In this document: one piece after another, positions 25,914-37,790 of the stretch | How positions within the stretch are numbered: the first letter of the stretch is position 1 | Layout: each line of letters starts with the position of its first letter | Assembly: GCA_964016885.1 (NCBI GenBank) | Contig: OZ024743.1 | Location: 106,082,001 to 106,146,000, forward strand | From: Eledone cirrhosa | Taxonomy: Eukaryota | Direction of reading: 5' to 3' | DNA length: 64,000 nt | The notes under the pieces: model-generated | Database searches by the model: none | What the model was told of the DNA's origin: nothing | What the model saw: only the letters and a program-made list of their open reading frames with translations | Translations under genes and position numbers: made by a program

Positions 25914-25950
25914 GAACCTGAAGATTGCAAAACCATGAAAGTACTTGTTT
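25914..25950 (+). ncRNA. Minimal hammerhead motif (right arm)
   Basis: GAAC-CTGAAGA-tTG(caaaac)CAt-GAAA-GTAC-TT-GTTT. Confidence 0.6.
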
Positions 25951-26137
25951 AATTAACACTTAACATTTAATATTCTACCATACTATTTCATTCTAATACC
26001 ATTATACATTTTAAAGGATTGTAAATAAAACTAGTAAATCAGACAAAGTTGGAATTCCTTTCATTAATATATATATATATATATATATATAAAGTTAAAT
26101 AAAAAGTCAAATGTTTAAAATTTAGCTTCGTTTATTG

Positions 26138-26190
26138 CTGCTATATATATTTCAGTGACAGCCATCTTTGGCTGTGATCTCTTCAGGCAG
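26138..26190 (-). ncRNA. Minimal type I hammerhead ribozyme
   Basis: Inverted copy of 26682-26734 with one stem II change. Confidence 0.8.
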
Positions 26191-26681
26191 TCCGAATTAG
26201 TGTGGTATAGACAAGTACATATGTTGTTGAGGTGTATAATATTGTCAATACTCTGATATGCCCAGTTGCTGGCTGGGTTGTTATTTCACTGAGGAACTGG
26301 AATCATATGAATTCAAACAAACGAATTTCAGTGTCAAAGGGCCTCTTCTCCTCTCATTGGTCAGTTGTTAAAACATTCCTCATTCTAAGTGTTGTTATTG
26401 TTGGAGTTAGCTTAAAAAATTGATAAAGTGGTAGAATGAACAAGGTGTTAAAGGAACAAAATAACAAAAAAAGTGTCAAACTTCCCATTGGTCAGTTCTG
26501 AGAGCATTCCTCAGTCAGAAGTCTATAGAATTATTTCTGGGGTGTGGCTCCCTCTAGTGTTTTTGTTTCCTATTGTTAAGTACTATTGTAACAACCCAAC
26601 CAGGAACTGGGCATATCAGAGTATTTACAATATTATACACCTCAACAACATATGTACTTGTCTATACCACACTAATTCGGA

Positions 26682-26734
26682 CTGCCTGAAGAGGTCACAG
26701 CCAAAGATGGCTGTCACTGAAATATATATAGCAG
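26682..26734 (+). ncRNA. Minimal type I hammerhead ribozyme
   Basis: CTGC-CTGAAGA-GGTcACAGCCA(aaga)TGGCTGTcACT-GAAA-TATATA-TA-GCAG. Confidence 0.88.
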
Positions 26735-27639
26735 CAATAAACGAAGCTAAATTTTAAACATTTGACTTTTTATTTAACTTTAATTTACATTACTCCGGAG
26801 TAACCAAACCAACCTGCGCACTTCGTCGAGTGCTCCAGCCTGCATACTGGGGTGTTGGTATACAACCAACATATACTCAAAATCTCTCTATATATATATA
26901 TATATCCAGGGAGAGAGAGTCAGACAGAGGGAGCCATGCATAAATACATTTTTTTGCGTAGCAGCTATATTGTATGCCTGTCAATATGCAATGTTCACTA
27001 TTTCGAGTTTGTTACTTGGTCATTTGAATAAAATGGTTTAATTTGTAATGCTCTAATGAGAATGGTATTAGTTCGGAGCACGTGAGCTATTATATAGTCT
27101 AGCCGGCAGAATTTTCTTTTTACCTAACTAGAAACACAGACTTCAGCCGATACAGCAACTACTTACATATATTTCACAAAAAATTGAATTCCTTCCGATT
27201 CGACCCCCCCCCCCCCCACACATATATATATATATATATATATGTGTGTGTCTGTGTGTGTGTGTGTGTGTGCGTGTGTGTGTGTATGCATATATATATA
27301 TATATATACACACAAATATATATGTATATATATGTGTGTGTGTATATATATATATATGCACACACACACATACACACCAACACGCACACATACACACACA
27401 CACACCTATATATATATATATATATATATATGCACAGAGAAAAGAAGAAAGACAAAGGAAGAATGACTATGTGAGACGATGTAGGAACTAATAGGAGAAA
27501 GAAGGAATGTAATATGGGTAGTGAGTGACAATTCAGCATACATTTACTTATGGAAATAAAATATAGGTCACATGAAAAACCACGCACAGAGACACACAGA
27601 AACACACACGAGAGAGGGAGAGAGAGAAAGAGAGAGTGA

Positions 27640-27671
<32 letters not shown>

Positions 27672-27728
27672 TATGCACATGTACACATATATATACATCT
27701 TTATGCACACACACACACAGACAGACAC

Positions 27729-27762
<34 letters not shown>

Positions 27763-28294
27763 AGTAACCACACAGCCCATTGTTTCTTTTCTCTCGCTCT
27801 CTCTCTCTCTCTTTCTCTTAATATATATATATGTGTATGTGTGTGTGTGTATGAATGTATGGATATACATAATCGAATATATTGATAATATTGATGCAAA
27901 GGCCATTTAGCAGGATTTTAATGCAATCTATGTCCTCCTGTGTCGACGTAATATACATACGAGGAATAATATTACCACCATTGACGAGAAGTTTGCTTCA
28001 TTGGTTTTTCAATGCACAATACACATGCTAAACACTGTAGGAGCTCGCTTTCAATACATGTTTGCTTTTTTTTTATATATACGTTAAAATAGGACTATAA
28101 AATATACGATAGAGACTAAAATAATGTGTGAAATGAATAGATAAAAATTATATTGTGTTGTCTTCAGACGCAAGCAGCTAGGAAAGCGATAAGCACCGGC
28201 TCTATGAATATACATAACAACTGGCATACTTAATTGTTTGTGCCTATATATATATATATAAATATATATATACCTGTTTGTGTTAGTGTGTGTG

Positions 28295-28355
<61 letters not shown>

Positions 28356-28613
28356 AAAGAGTCTAACGGAATGCTTTATAGTGTTAATATATCCCTACAT
28401 ATAACGAATACATTATACATTTTCCAATATTACATTTATTTCATTATTATCGGAATTAACCTATCGTTACATATCTAAATTAAGCTCTACGATACATCAT
28501 CGGCAACACCAATAATCTCAACCATTATGAAAGTTACTAAGAATATATTATTTCATTAATATACGTTCACACATACACATATTACTGCCTTTTATATATA
28601 TATACACACATAT

Positions 28614-28644
<31 letters not shown>

Positions 28645-28734
28645 CCTTTCTATATGTATATACAAATATATGTATATATTCGTTTAGCCAGAAAGTTCTC
28701 AACGTGTTTCAAATGTTATTGACTTTGGCGTTGC

Positions 28735-29600
28735 TTAACATTAGGAAACCATCAATTGTGATTGCCGTCTGTCAACGTTTGGGGAGGTGTATGGTTCTAT
28801 CAGAGTAGAATAATTCTGGCTTCCATGCAACGAATTCCGTCAGCTATTGATTTAAGTGATCATCCTATGTGAATGTATTTGACTGCATTACATAGCTTAT
28901 TCAGAGAAAAAGGTGATTGTCTGTATGCGGGATACCGAGCGAATACGCCGTGTGGGACAGAACCTTCCTATGTAGCTCCAGCAGTTTTTCACGCGTCATC
29001 CTTGATATATGCAACCAGGCCTTATCAGGAAGGAATCGAACAGAAACATGGTGAGGACACTCTAGTGAAATTTATGGAGGTAATCTGTCAAGTTGTTGGA
29101 TATAGCCTTAGGTGATTATGCTGGTGTTCGGTGGGAACTGCTGGTAGGAACGCTTGACATTAATGTAGAAATTCAATTTTTTATAACTAGTGACGATGGA
29201 AAGCAACCTGTTGTTTGTGCGATGATAAGAAAGCAAGGAAATCACAGCTACCCGCCGCAATTCTCGGTTACGGTTGGTCAGATAGTGAAGTACCCATTTG
29301 TACAGCTTAGACAACATCCCTATTGCATGCACGTGATTGCAGATGGTTATTTTCGTTGCCGCAAGCACTACGGTGTGTTGAGCGGATATCTGGCGTGGGC
29401 CGACCACCACCAACTCACGCAGTAGCTAGTCGTTGTATTCGGCTATATGCCCTGCATGGGCTCGATCTTCAAAACTGTAATCACAGGAACCTAGACGTGT
29501 GAACCAGTCCTTGGCCCTGCGTTTAAACATCATGTGTGACCCAAATGCATTGTTAATTCAATGACTTCAGGCCGCTGAGCTTAGGCTAGATTGGACGCCA
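28735..29600 (-). pseudogene. Decayed mariner-family (Mos1/SETMAR-like) transposase
   Basis: INNAFG..DWFTRLGSCDYSFED (HTH region), KWVLHYLT (WVPHEL), IVTSYKK (IVTGDEK), LPDKAWLH (HDNARPH), HTAYSLGIPHTDNHLF (YSPDLAPSDYHLF), LPKR*Q; many stops and frameshifts. Confidence 0.85.
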
Positions 29601-29777
29601 TAACCTAAACAGCGAAAATAAACGATTTCGGTAAATATATATTACTTCCCCTTTGATTGTGCAAAAGAAAATTTCTAATATATTTGCCAATGCACCAACT
29701 TACACTTCTCCAGAAAGCTGACAGACCCCCCCCCACGCACACACACACACAAAGGTAGTAAATTCCTGTCCAAGGAA

Positions 29778-29811
<34 letters not shown>

Positions 29812-30002
29812 GGTTATGCACGAGTGCATTAAGGTTTTCCAGGACACAGTGTTATGTACCGTGCAGGGGAAGGTCACCTTATAACAGAGTGGTGCTCAAC
29901 GAAATGCAGAAAATAGGTGTATATTCCAGTTTAGCTATACTCCGGGGCGCGTATAAAGAATCAAAAAGAACAGAAAGATGCAGTAAAAGAGATTTATTCG
30001 GT

Positions 30003-30117
30003 TCTAACGTACGTTTCAATAGACATCAATTTGCCTAGATCTCGCTGCATCTATAATATTATATAGTTAGTAGAGCATTCGACATCCAATGCACAATCGA
30101 TTCCATATCATCAGAGA
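30003..30117 (-). ncRNA. Hammerhead motif with ~90-nt stem II, downstream of the Naiad ORF
   Basis: TCT-CTGATGA-[long imperfect hairpin]-GAAA-CGTACG-TT-AGA. Confidence 0.65.
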
Positions 30118-30507
30118 TTATGTTTACCGTACCAGAATGTACAAGGTTTTTATAGGAATTCATGTGAAGTTTAAGTAGAGAAGAAGGAGGATGTGACAAA
30201 GACGAGAGAGATAGGGGGGGGGGGGGGGGGTTTCATGGATGTTGAGGTAAAACAGGGGGGTGGATAAAATACGATAATGAAGTCTAGATATGGACTAGTC
30301 CAACTGTGTGTGTGCTAGGGAGATGGTAGACGTTGATAGGTTTATGATCTATGATAGATGGAGGCAGGGGAGATTAGGCCGAGTGACTTGTAAAGTATGT
30401 AGGAGATGTTGAATAGGGGAGATGTGGTCAATAGAAGGCATAGCAATAATCCATGGGGACAGATAGAGGAGGTAGAAGGAAGATAGAGGAAAGCAGAAGT
30501 CGCAGGA

Positions 30508-32240
30508 TCAAATCAAGCCAGGTTTGTATTTCGAGAACGTAGCCTTGAGTCTGTGATTTCAATATAGAGTCTTTTCCGTTCTGTTGTTGAGAAGAGTATA
30601 ATTCGATTTTAGTATGTAAAATAGCTCCATATTGCATAATCGGCAGTAAGGCAGGCTGCACGATATGCGGAAGCACAGAGAGTTTTGTCCATTTCAAAGT
30701 GTATTGCAGGTTACTTTCGCGCAACTGCCAAATTGTATTGGCTAAGGTAGTTACGGAACGGTATTTGATGTTCTTCATCGAACTACGGTGTTGGTACCAA
30801 CGAGATTTAAAAGTGGTAGAGGTACAGCCGATATAGTGCCATCTCCGGTTATCCGATTCAACGGTGCATTGATACACCATATTTGATTCCATGCATTTGT
30901 TATTCAGAGGGCAACGATCAGGTAGGTTGCAGTTGCACTTATCAGCTCTTGTAGTATTATTATCTTGTACAGGTTGCGTTAGGTTTATATGTGTGTCTGC
31001 TGCAGGAGGGTTTACATTCAGTGGTTGAGAGTTTGAGGAAGTGTTAATGTAGTTTGGGGTGCTTCGTGTGGATGTGCTGACTAATCGTTTGGAGTTAAGT
31101 TTTTTAATAATTAGATCGAGATTGGGTGCTGTAGAATATGAAAGCTTAATGGACCTTAGATTTAGTATTTTAGCGTATCGATGTGCAGGAGGAAAATGTG
31201 TTTTGATTAAATTGAAGAAAAGTGAAGAAATTTTAGGAGATGTTGAGGCATTGTATATTGGGTTGTACCAAAGGTAGCTACGATTCCGCTTTCTAGCTAG
31301 GTTGGGTTGTGTGCTTCTATTTCGACTATGCCTGTGCGGAAAGTGTATGTTGTGTATCGTACCTATATTATTGTTTATGCTAGTGCGTTGTGAGCCCTTA
31401 TTTCTATATTGGTGTGCTGGATCTATGTACTCTATTTTGTCTTGGTATCCAGCCGCCTTTTGCGCGTTGTTATAGTAGTAAGCGTGCTCACTAAAGACCT
31501 GGGGGGGGGGGGTAGATGACAGGCGTGATATTCTAAGGGAGATGGCCCGAGGGATAGACCGTATAACCGAGGGTGGATGATTAGATTTATGGTCAACATA
31601 CATAATATTTTCATTAGATTTATGGAATGGGCGGATTTCCCCCGTCTCTAGATTAAATGTTACATCCAAGAAATTTGTTTCAGTCAGGTTGTACTCAAAA
31701 GTAATGCTGAAACCAAGACTGTTTAAAAATTCGCTAACTTGCTTACGTAATCTTTCTATTTTCTGGTTGTTTAGGTGTTTAGCTAAAAGGAGCGCATCGT
31801 CGCGGTAGATTCCCCCTTGTAGATTGCGGAATTTTTTCTCTAGTGCTTGAGCGATGAAGATGCTCACTACGTCTGTAACTTCGGCCGAATCGTTTGAGCC
31901 GATCGTGATATCAAAGAAAGATGGTCGATCTTTGCGCACCCAGTAGCTATCATCGAACTTAATTGTGGTTTTTCTGGCCTCAAGGATGATGCCTATTTCC
32001 GCGGCGTCGGTTAGGTCAGAATTCTCTCCGGCAAACAGTAGGGTCTTATGCAGGGTACCGGGTGATATGGAAGAGTAGTAGTTGTTTATGTCGAATTGGA
32101 TACATTTTGATTCATCCCTATCCTTGATATTACTAAACCAACATACCGCCTCCTCAGTATTTGCCCAGAGTTTTATGCCAGTTATCCGTTTTAACTGGGG
32201 GATTACTCTATCTAATATATATTTACTTACTCTACCTGTA
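30508..32240 (-). pseudogene. Naiad-type Penelope-like element RT + Cys cluster + GIY-YIG, 5'-truncated, frameshift near 30670
   Basis: IQFDINNYYSSIS, FDITIGSNDSAE, IYRDDAL, FLDVTFNL, SNHPPS, LWYNP, IKLSYS, CNCNLPDRCPLNNKC, MVY..HYIGCTSTTFKSRWYQH, then CRLCNME..LLNNRTE; frame stays open upstream of the listed GTG to ~32240. Confidence 0.92.
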
Positions 32241-32299
32241 TCCGTTATTAATATTAAAATACAAATATTAATAAAATAGATATTCTTTTGATCAATTAC

Positions 32300-32352
32300 A
32301 TTTTATTATACATATTTCGGATGTACAATATTACGTCCTCATCAGACAAAAT
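32300..32352 (-). ncRNA. Minimal type I hammerhead ribozyme
   Basis: ATTTTGT-CTGATGA-GGAcGTA(atattg)TACaTCC-GAAA-TATGTA-TA-ATAAAAT. Confidence 0.82.
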
Positions 32353-33839
32353 ATAATGATACATGACATTCCCTGAGTTGTTAAATGGTTAAGATTTAAT
32401 CAAGGTAGTGATTAACCTAATAGAAAGTTTAACATTTATACCCTAATAATGAGAAAATGCGAAAACGTAATAAATTCAATAGAGAATGTGTGAGTAAGAA
32501 AAACGTTGCTTAATGTTATAGAGATTTTAAAATGTATGATACTACAATTTATGTTTATCTGGGAAAACACTCAATGAGAGCCACTGGAATAGGATATATA
32601 GAGAGGGAAAGATAAGGGGTAATATATGTAGAAGGAGATTTTCCGAAAGTTAAACGGTTAAGTTTGAAAATATTTAATTTATGCTATTTTAGGGTGAAGA
32701 ATCAAGATTTTAGGTTGTTTTTTTTTTTAATTTGCTGTTTATTTATATTTATTAGTTTTGTAAATCCTATAAGTGTGTTAACATTTCTAAATTTCGGAAT
32801 GTTATGATGATAACATTTAAAGGATTTAGCTGGCCAGCGGAAAGGGAAGTTTACACTGTTGAATATTTTCCTAAATGTAAACTTTACCGAAGATAATCAT
32901 TGTCAACATATATGTTATGTAAATCTTATGAAGTACTTATTGTTAGAAATATTTAAATAACGATTATGTATATAGATATATATTAATGAACCAGTTTATT
33001 TTAGGTAAATGATAACGAAAAAAATAAAATAATAGTTTGAGGCATGCTAAAGTTAAATATATACCTATATATAACGGGGGTAAATGCCTTAATTATTCGT
33101 AGTTCGAAATAAATAATAATCAAGAAATTTAGAAGTTAACTAAAAATTATGTATAGAAAGATACAGGGAGGTATATATGGATATAAATTAGGTATTATTG
33201 ATACAGTATACTTTAGGTAAATGATAACGGTTATAATTTTATATAATAAAGTTCCAAGGTGTTATAGTTAAATACATATATATATAAGAAAAGCAATAAT
33301 AAATGCATGGATAATTCAGAGTTCAAAATAAGGTCTATAATAATTTATGGATTGTATATTTGCTCTATATTGAATCATGGATATAAAAATGCAGTAGGTA
33401 TATTTACAAAAAAAACGTAGAAAATATAATTACATACATATTATAAATAAGAGATCAAAAACACATGAAAGATTCACAGTTAGAAATAAGTTCCATAAAA
33501 ATGTATGGGTTGGATATTAAACTAAAATTTAAAACTTAGATAGGAAGATAAAGATAGAGAAATAAAGAAATAATGGTATGGATCAAAGTTAATAATATTA
33601 TGTTATGTATATCAATGTTCCGGCATGTTATTGAACAAGTGTCTTTCATTCGAGCGTTATTTCTTCTACGGATAGTTATAAAATAATGCAATATTAAAGG
33701 CCATTAATGTTTTTCCCTGTTGATTATATACGTCTGAAAACCAAGTTTTTAAAGGTTAAGTGTTTCTCTCTCTTTTTTTCTCGTTTTGTGGGAGGCTAAG
33801 AATGTGGACGTAGATTTATGGAGGCAACTAGAGAATAAT

Positions 33840-33996
33840 GTTATATTCTCCGAGTGAAAAGAACCTTCTGACGAGAGCTTTTCTTTTCAATGGAGGCCCG
33901 TAAGGACTATCCATTTATTTTCGAGACTCATAGCAGGTACAGTGAATTTTTTAAAATTTATTTTAAAACTTTTTCTTATTTGCTAAACCTTGATTA
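33840..33996 (+). mobile_element. Diverged copy of the repeat family at 52878-54045
   Basis: Shares TATTCTCCGAG..CCTTCTGA.GA and terminal TATTTGCTA.ACCTTGATT; GAAA half of the ribozyme is lost. Confidence 0.6.
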
Positions 33997-34368
33997 TATA
34001 TATATATACGGTAAAACGTTGACTTAATTCAATTCGAGAACTCAACGTGCATTTACCACGTATTCCCTTATTCTATATATATATACATAGAGATAGAGAG
34101 AGAGAGAGATAGAGAGAGAGAGAGGAGTAAGAAAGAGAGAGAGAAAAATCGAGAGAGAGAGAGAAAGAGAGACAGAGCCATAGAGAGAGAGAGGAGGAAA
34201 TGTAAAATTCTGACGGCGGAACCGTAGTGGGAATTTGCATATCTGTACACCGACATTGTATCCGTGAGTTGAGTGCTTCTATATCAGTAGTCTACTCGGT
34301 TTCAGCACCGCACACTCTATACACACATACACAGACACACGCACATATATACACACATAGACACATAT

Positions 34369-34485
<117 letters not shown>

Positions 34486-34757
34486 TATATGTAGTCGAAT
34501 ATCAGTATGTGGTATCTTTAACGAAAGAACAATTTAACCCAATACCAAATGTTTTGATAATCCAAACCGGAGAAGGCGCGCTTTGTTAACATCAATGTTT
34601 AACATCAATTTTTGTACTTGATACAAATATCCTTTATATGTACATACCAATTTTATCATAGATAAATATAAATATATATATTCAAAACAACGAACAGCGG
34701 AGGACACGTATCGATCCTATCCGACAGATAACCCCCCTAATATGCTAATAAGCTTTA

Positions 34758-35690
34758 AACTAGTACATCCTTCCTGTGTCAGTGTTGAACAAATGGGCGA
34801 CGATGGTTGCCGAGCACTATACGGCGTAATTTGGGCTGTTTGTTTACAAACAAACCGAACATTATCATAAATGTTCGGTAAACCCATACGTACATATGTA
34901 TATGTGTGCATGTATGTATATATATATACATACTACTGTATGTCTTTACACATATATGTATGTACGGATACATACTTATATTTAGGTATCAGCCGTACTA
35001 AGAGTGAGAAATGAAATTCCGTTTCATTCTTTTCCAATTATCGTTATCTTTACGCCCGGCCGACTAACTCACTCGATATGCAAATTAGACTGCTCAGCCG
35101 TTAATATGCATTAGGAAAGTATATACTTTCCAACGTTCAATCATCTGATAGAAAGGTATACGATGCTAACGATAGCTAATAGCTTGAAACTAGTACATCG
35201 TTCCTGTGTAAGTGTTGAACAAAAGGGCGACGATGGTTGCCGAGCACTGTACGGCGTAATTCGAGCTGTTTGTTTACAAACAAACCGAACATTATTATAA
35301 ATGTTCGGTAAACCCAAACGTACATATATATATATGTGTCCATGTATGTATATATATACATACTACTGTACGTATGTACACATATATGTATGAACGTATA
35401 CATACTTATATTTAAGTATCAGCCATACTAAGAGTGATAAATGAAATTTCGTTTCATTCTTTTCCATTTATCGTTTTCGGTACGCCCGGCCGACTAACTC
35501 ACTCGATATGCAAATTAGGCTGCTCAGCCGTTAATATGCAGTAGGAAAGTATATACTTTCAAACGTTCAATCATCTGACAGAAAGGTTTACAATGCTGAC
35601 GATAGCTAATAAGATTGAAACTAGTACATCGTTCCTGTGTCAGTTGAACAAAACGGCGACGATGGTTGCCGAGCACTGTACGGCGTAATT
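34758..35690. repeat. Tandem array, ~430-bp unit, ~2.2 copies
   Basis: AACTAGTACATC..TTCCTGTGT recurs at ~34758, ~35188 and ~35619. Confidence 0.9.
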
Positions 35691-35901
35691 CGGGTTTTTT
35701 ATCCTTCTCTTCTTATCTCTTCTCTCTCGCTCTCTCCATAGTCGTTTACATAAACGGTTGTTTTTCAATTATTTACATATTCATTTGCATATTCACACAT
35801 AAGTTTGAAACATCCCTAATATATTTTCACTATCCAGTGAATTTCCAACCGATAAGGTATGATTTTCATGGGTATGTCTCTATTTATAAAACAAACTTTG
35901 T

Positions 35902-35963
35902 ATTTTATCTGATGAAAGTGTACCAATGTTGTCTTGGTACCCTTGAAATATATATAATAAAAT
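35902..35963 (+). ncRNA. Minimal type I hammerhead ribozyme (family C)
   Basis: ATTTTAT-CTGATGA-AAGtGTACCAA(tgttgtc)TTGGTACcCTT-GAAA-TATATA-TA-ATAAAAT. Confidence 0.9.
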
Positions 35964-36122
35964 AAATATGATTTTATAAATATATTTTCCATTTATTTAA
36001 TATCATTGAATATTTACTCCAGTAAACTGTTGAGTGCTCTAAATCAGTTATAAACATTTATATTTGTCTAACTTCCAACAAATTAAATACCCCTTCTACT
36101 TATATATATATATATATATGTA

Positions 36123-36197
<75 letters not shown>

Positions 36198-36198
<1 letters not shown>

Positions 36199-36326
36199 TA
36201 TATGACCGCGACGGCAGAGCCCAAGCCGTTGGGGTCATACATTTTCCTATTACCCACTCTACTACCCTAAGTATTGAGTACTCTGTTGCGTTATGGTCCA
36301 TATGGTCCCTTACCACAACTCCTTCG

Positions 36327-36329
<3 letters not shown>
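36198..36329 (+). mobile_element. Diverged mini fold-back element, family A
   Basis: Short hairpin ATGACC..GGTCAT plus family-A tail, in (TA)n. Confidence 0.7.
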
Positions 36330-36374
<45 letters not shown>

Positions 36375-37135
36375 TAATAAATATATATAGATATATATAT
36401 ATGTGCACAATACGCGGAAAATGCTTCGCGCCGGAGTCGGTATTTTACCTCTCTCTCTCTCATGGTATATATAAACATTGAGTTACATATAGAGGTATCC
36501 TCGTGAGACATACATATCAAAATATGGATAAGCTCAATGATCATGATTAAATTTCTTTTATTTTAGTATAACGCTCATAAGAAATACACCTATTATCATA
36601 TGAAAACCTTATGTCACGATATATACATACGTTCTTGTCTTATATAATTGTATGCCTCTATGTGGGTTGCGAATTCTATGTTATTCATCGAAAATGTCTA
36701 TTCTTTTAGGGCAAAATGCTAATATAGCTTTATTTTATATATGTATTTTGTGTTTTATCCCGCATAACTATCTGGAATATATCTGTTCACTTGATATTCT
36801 CTGTGTATAATAATCATTTAACTATAGAAGTATGTAATTATTGTTCTGGAGTTAAATATTAAAATGCATCCATCGAGTCTGTATGTCCTTTTCCCATATA
36901 AACAGCCTTCCATTTTTGTATAATTAGCATCCGTTCGTTTTTATACATGAATACCTGTGGCGGTATTCATGTGTAAATAGGTATATGTCTTTATGAGTAT
37001 TCATTAAATCACATTTTAAATCATATAGTAAGTATTTTATCAGGGTGGGTACAAATATCTTCAAAGTAAATGGCACAAACCGATTCACTAAATATGTCCC
37101 TACTATAGATCTGCAGGTATACTTGCCACTGCATA

Positions 37136-37235
<100 letters not shown>

Positions 37236-37655
37236 TACACCATATATATATATATATATATATTTATTAAAATAACAGATTAAAGTTTAAGCAAAGAATC
37301 GCTGCTTACCCCCGTTCACGGTTCTTATATATTTGATATATATTTATCCTATCGAGCCATCTTTGGATTTTAGTCTTCAAATTTATTATTATTACTATAT
37401 ATATATATATATGTATATATAAAAGTACAGCATATTCGATGTTCGAGCAGCAGCTAAGCCAACGAATGCCTTAACAGTGCAGCCAAGCACTCGACAAGGT
37501 ATAGAGCTCAGAGTAATAACATACAGTTTAAAGGGCTTTGCAAATTGAAAATAGCGACCGCTAATTCAGCTGCGTGGTCTGTAGCAACGAAATAACTGAC
37601 TAGTGAGAAAAACATACACACACACAGACATACATACACACACATACATATATAT

Positions 37656-37710
<55 letters not shown>

Positions 37711-37728
37711 CATATATGCACATATCTG

Positions 37729-37786
<58 letters not shown>

Positions 37787-37790
<4 letters not shown>

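Larger units (their letters stand above)
25256..26072. mobile_element. Fold-back derivative of the Neptune-like PLE 3' end
   Basis: ~300-bp inverted arms homologous to 37787-38130; spacer encodes FIDKF*PKLNEQ*, matching the end of ORF 38338..38709. Confidence 0.9.
26091..26781. mobile_element. Fold-back element with two hammerheads
   Basis: ~190-bp near-perfect inverted arms 26091-26283 / 26589-26781. Confidence 0.9.

Noticed and set aside
27913-28035. Possible additional exon (ILMQSMSSCVDVIYIRGIILPP...)
   Set aside because: That frame hits a stop and no convincing donor was found
30120-30510. SECIS element downstream of the Naiad ORF
   Set aside because: No clear AUGA/AA/GA kink-turn hairpin found by eye; needs SECISearch
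32360-33830. Long AT-rich non-microsatellite stretch, possibly decayed PLE coding sequence
   Set aside because: No convincing protein motif could be read in any frame
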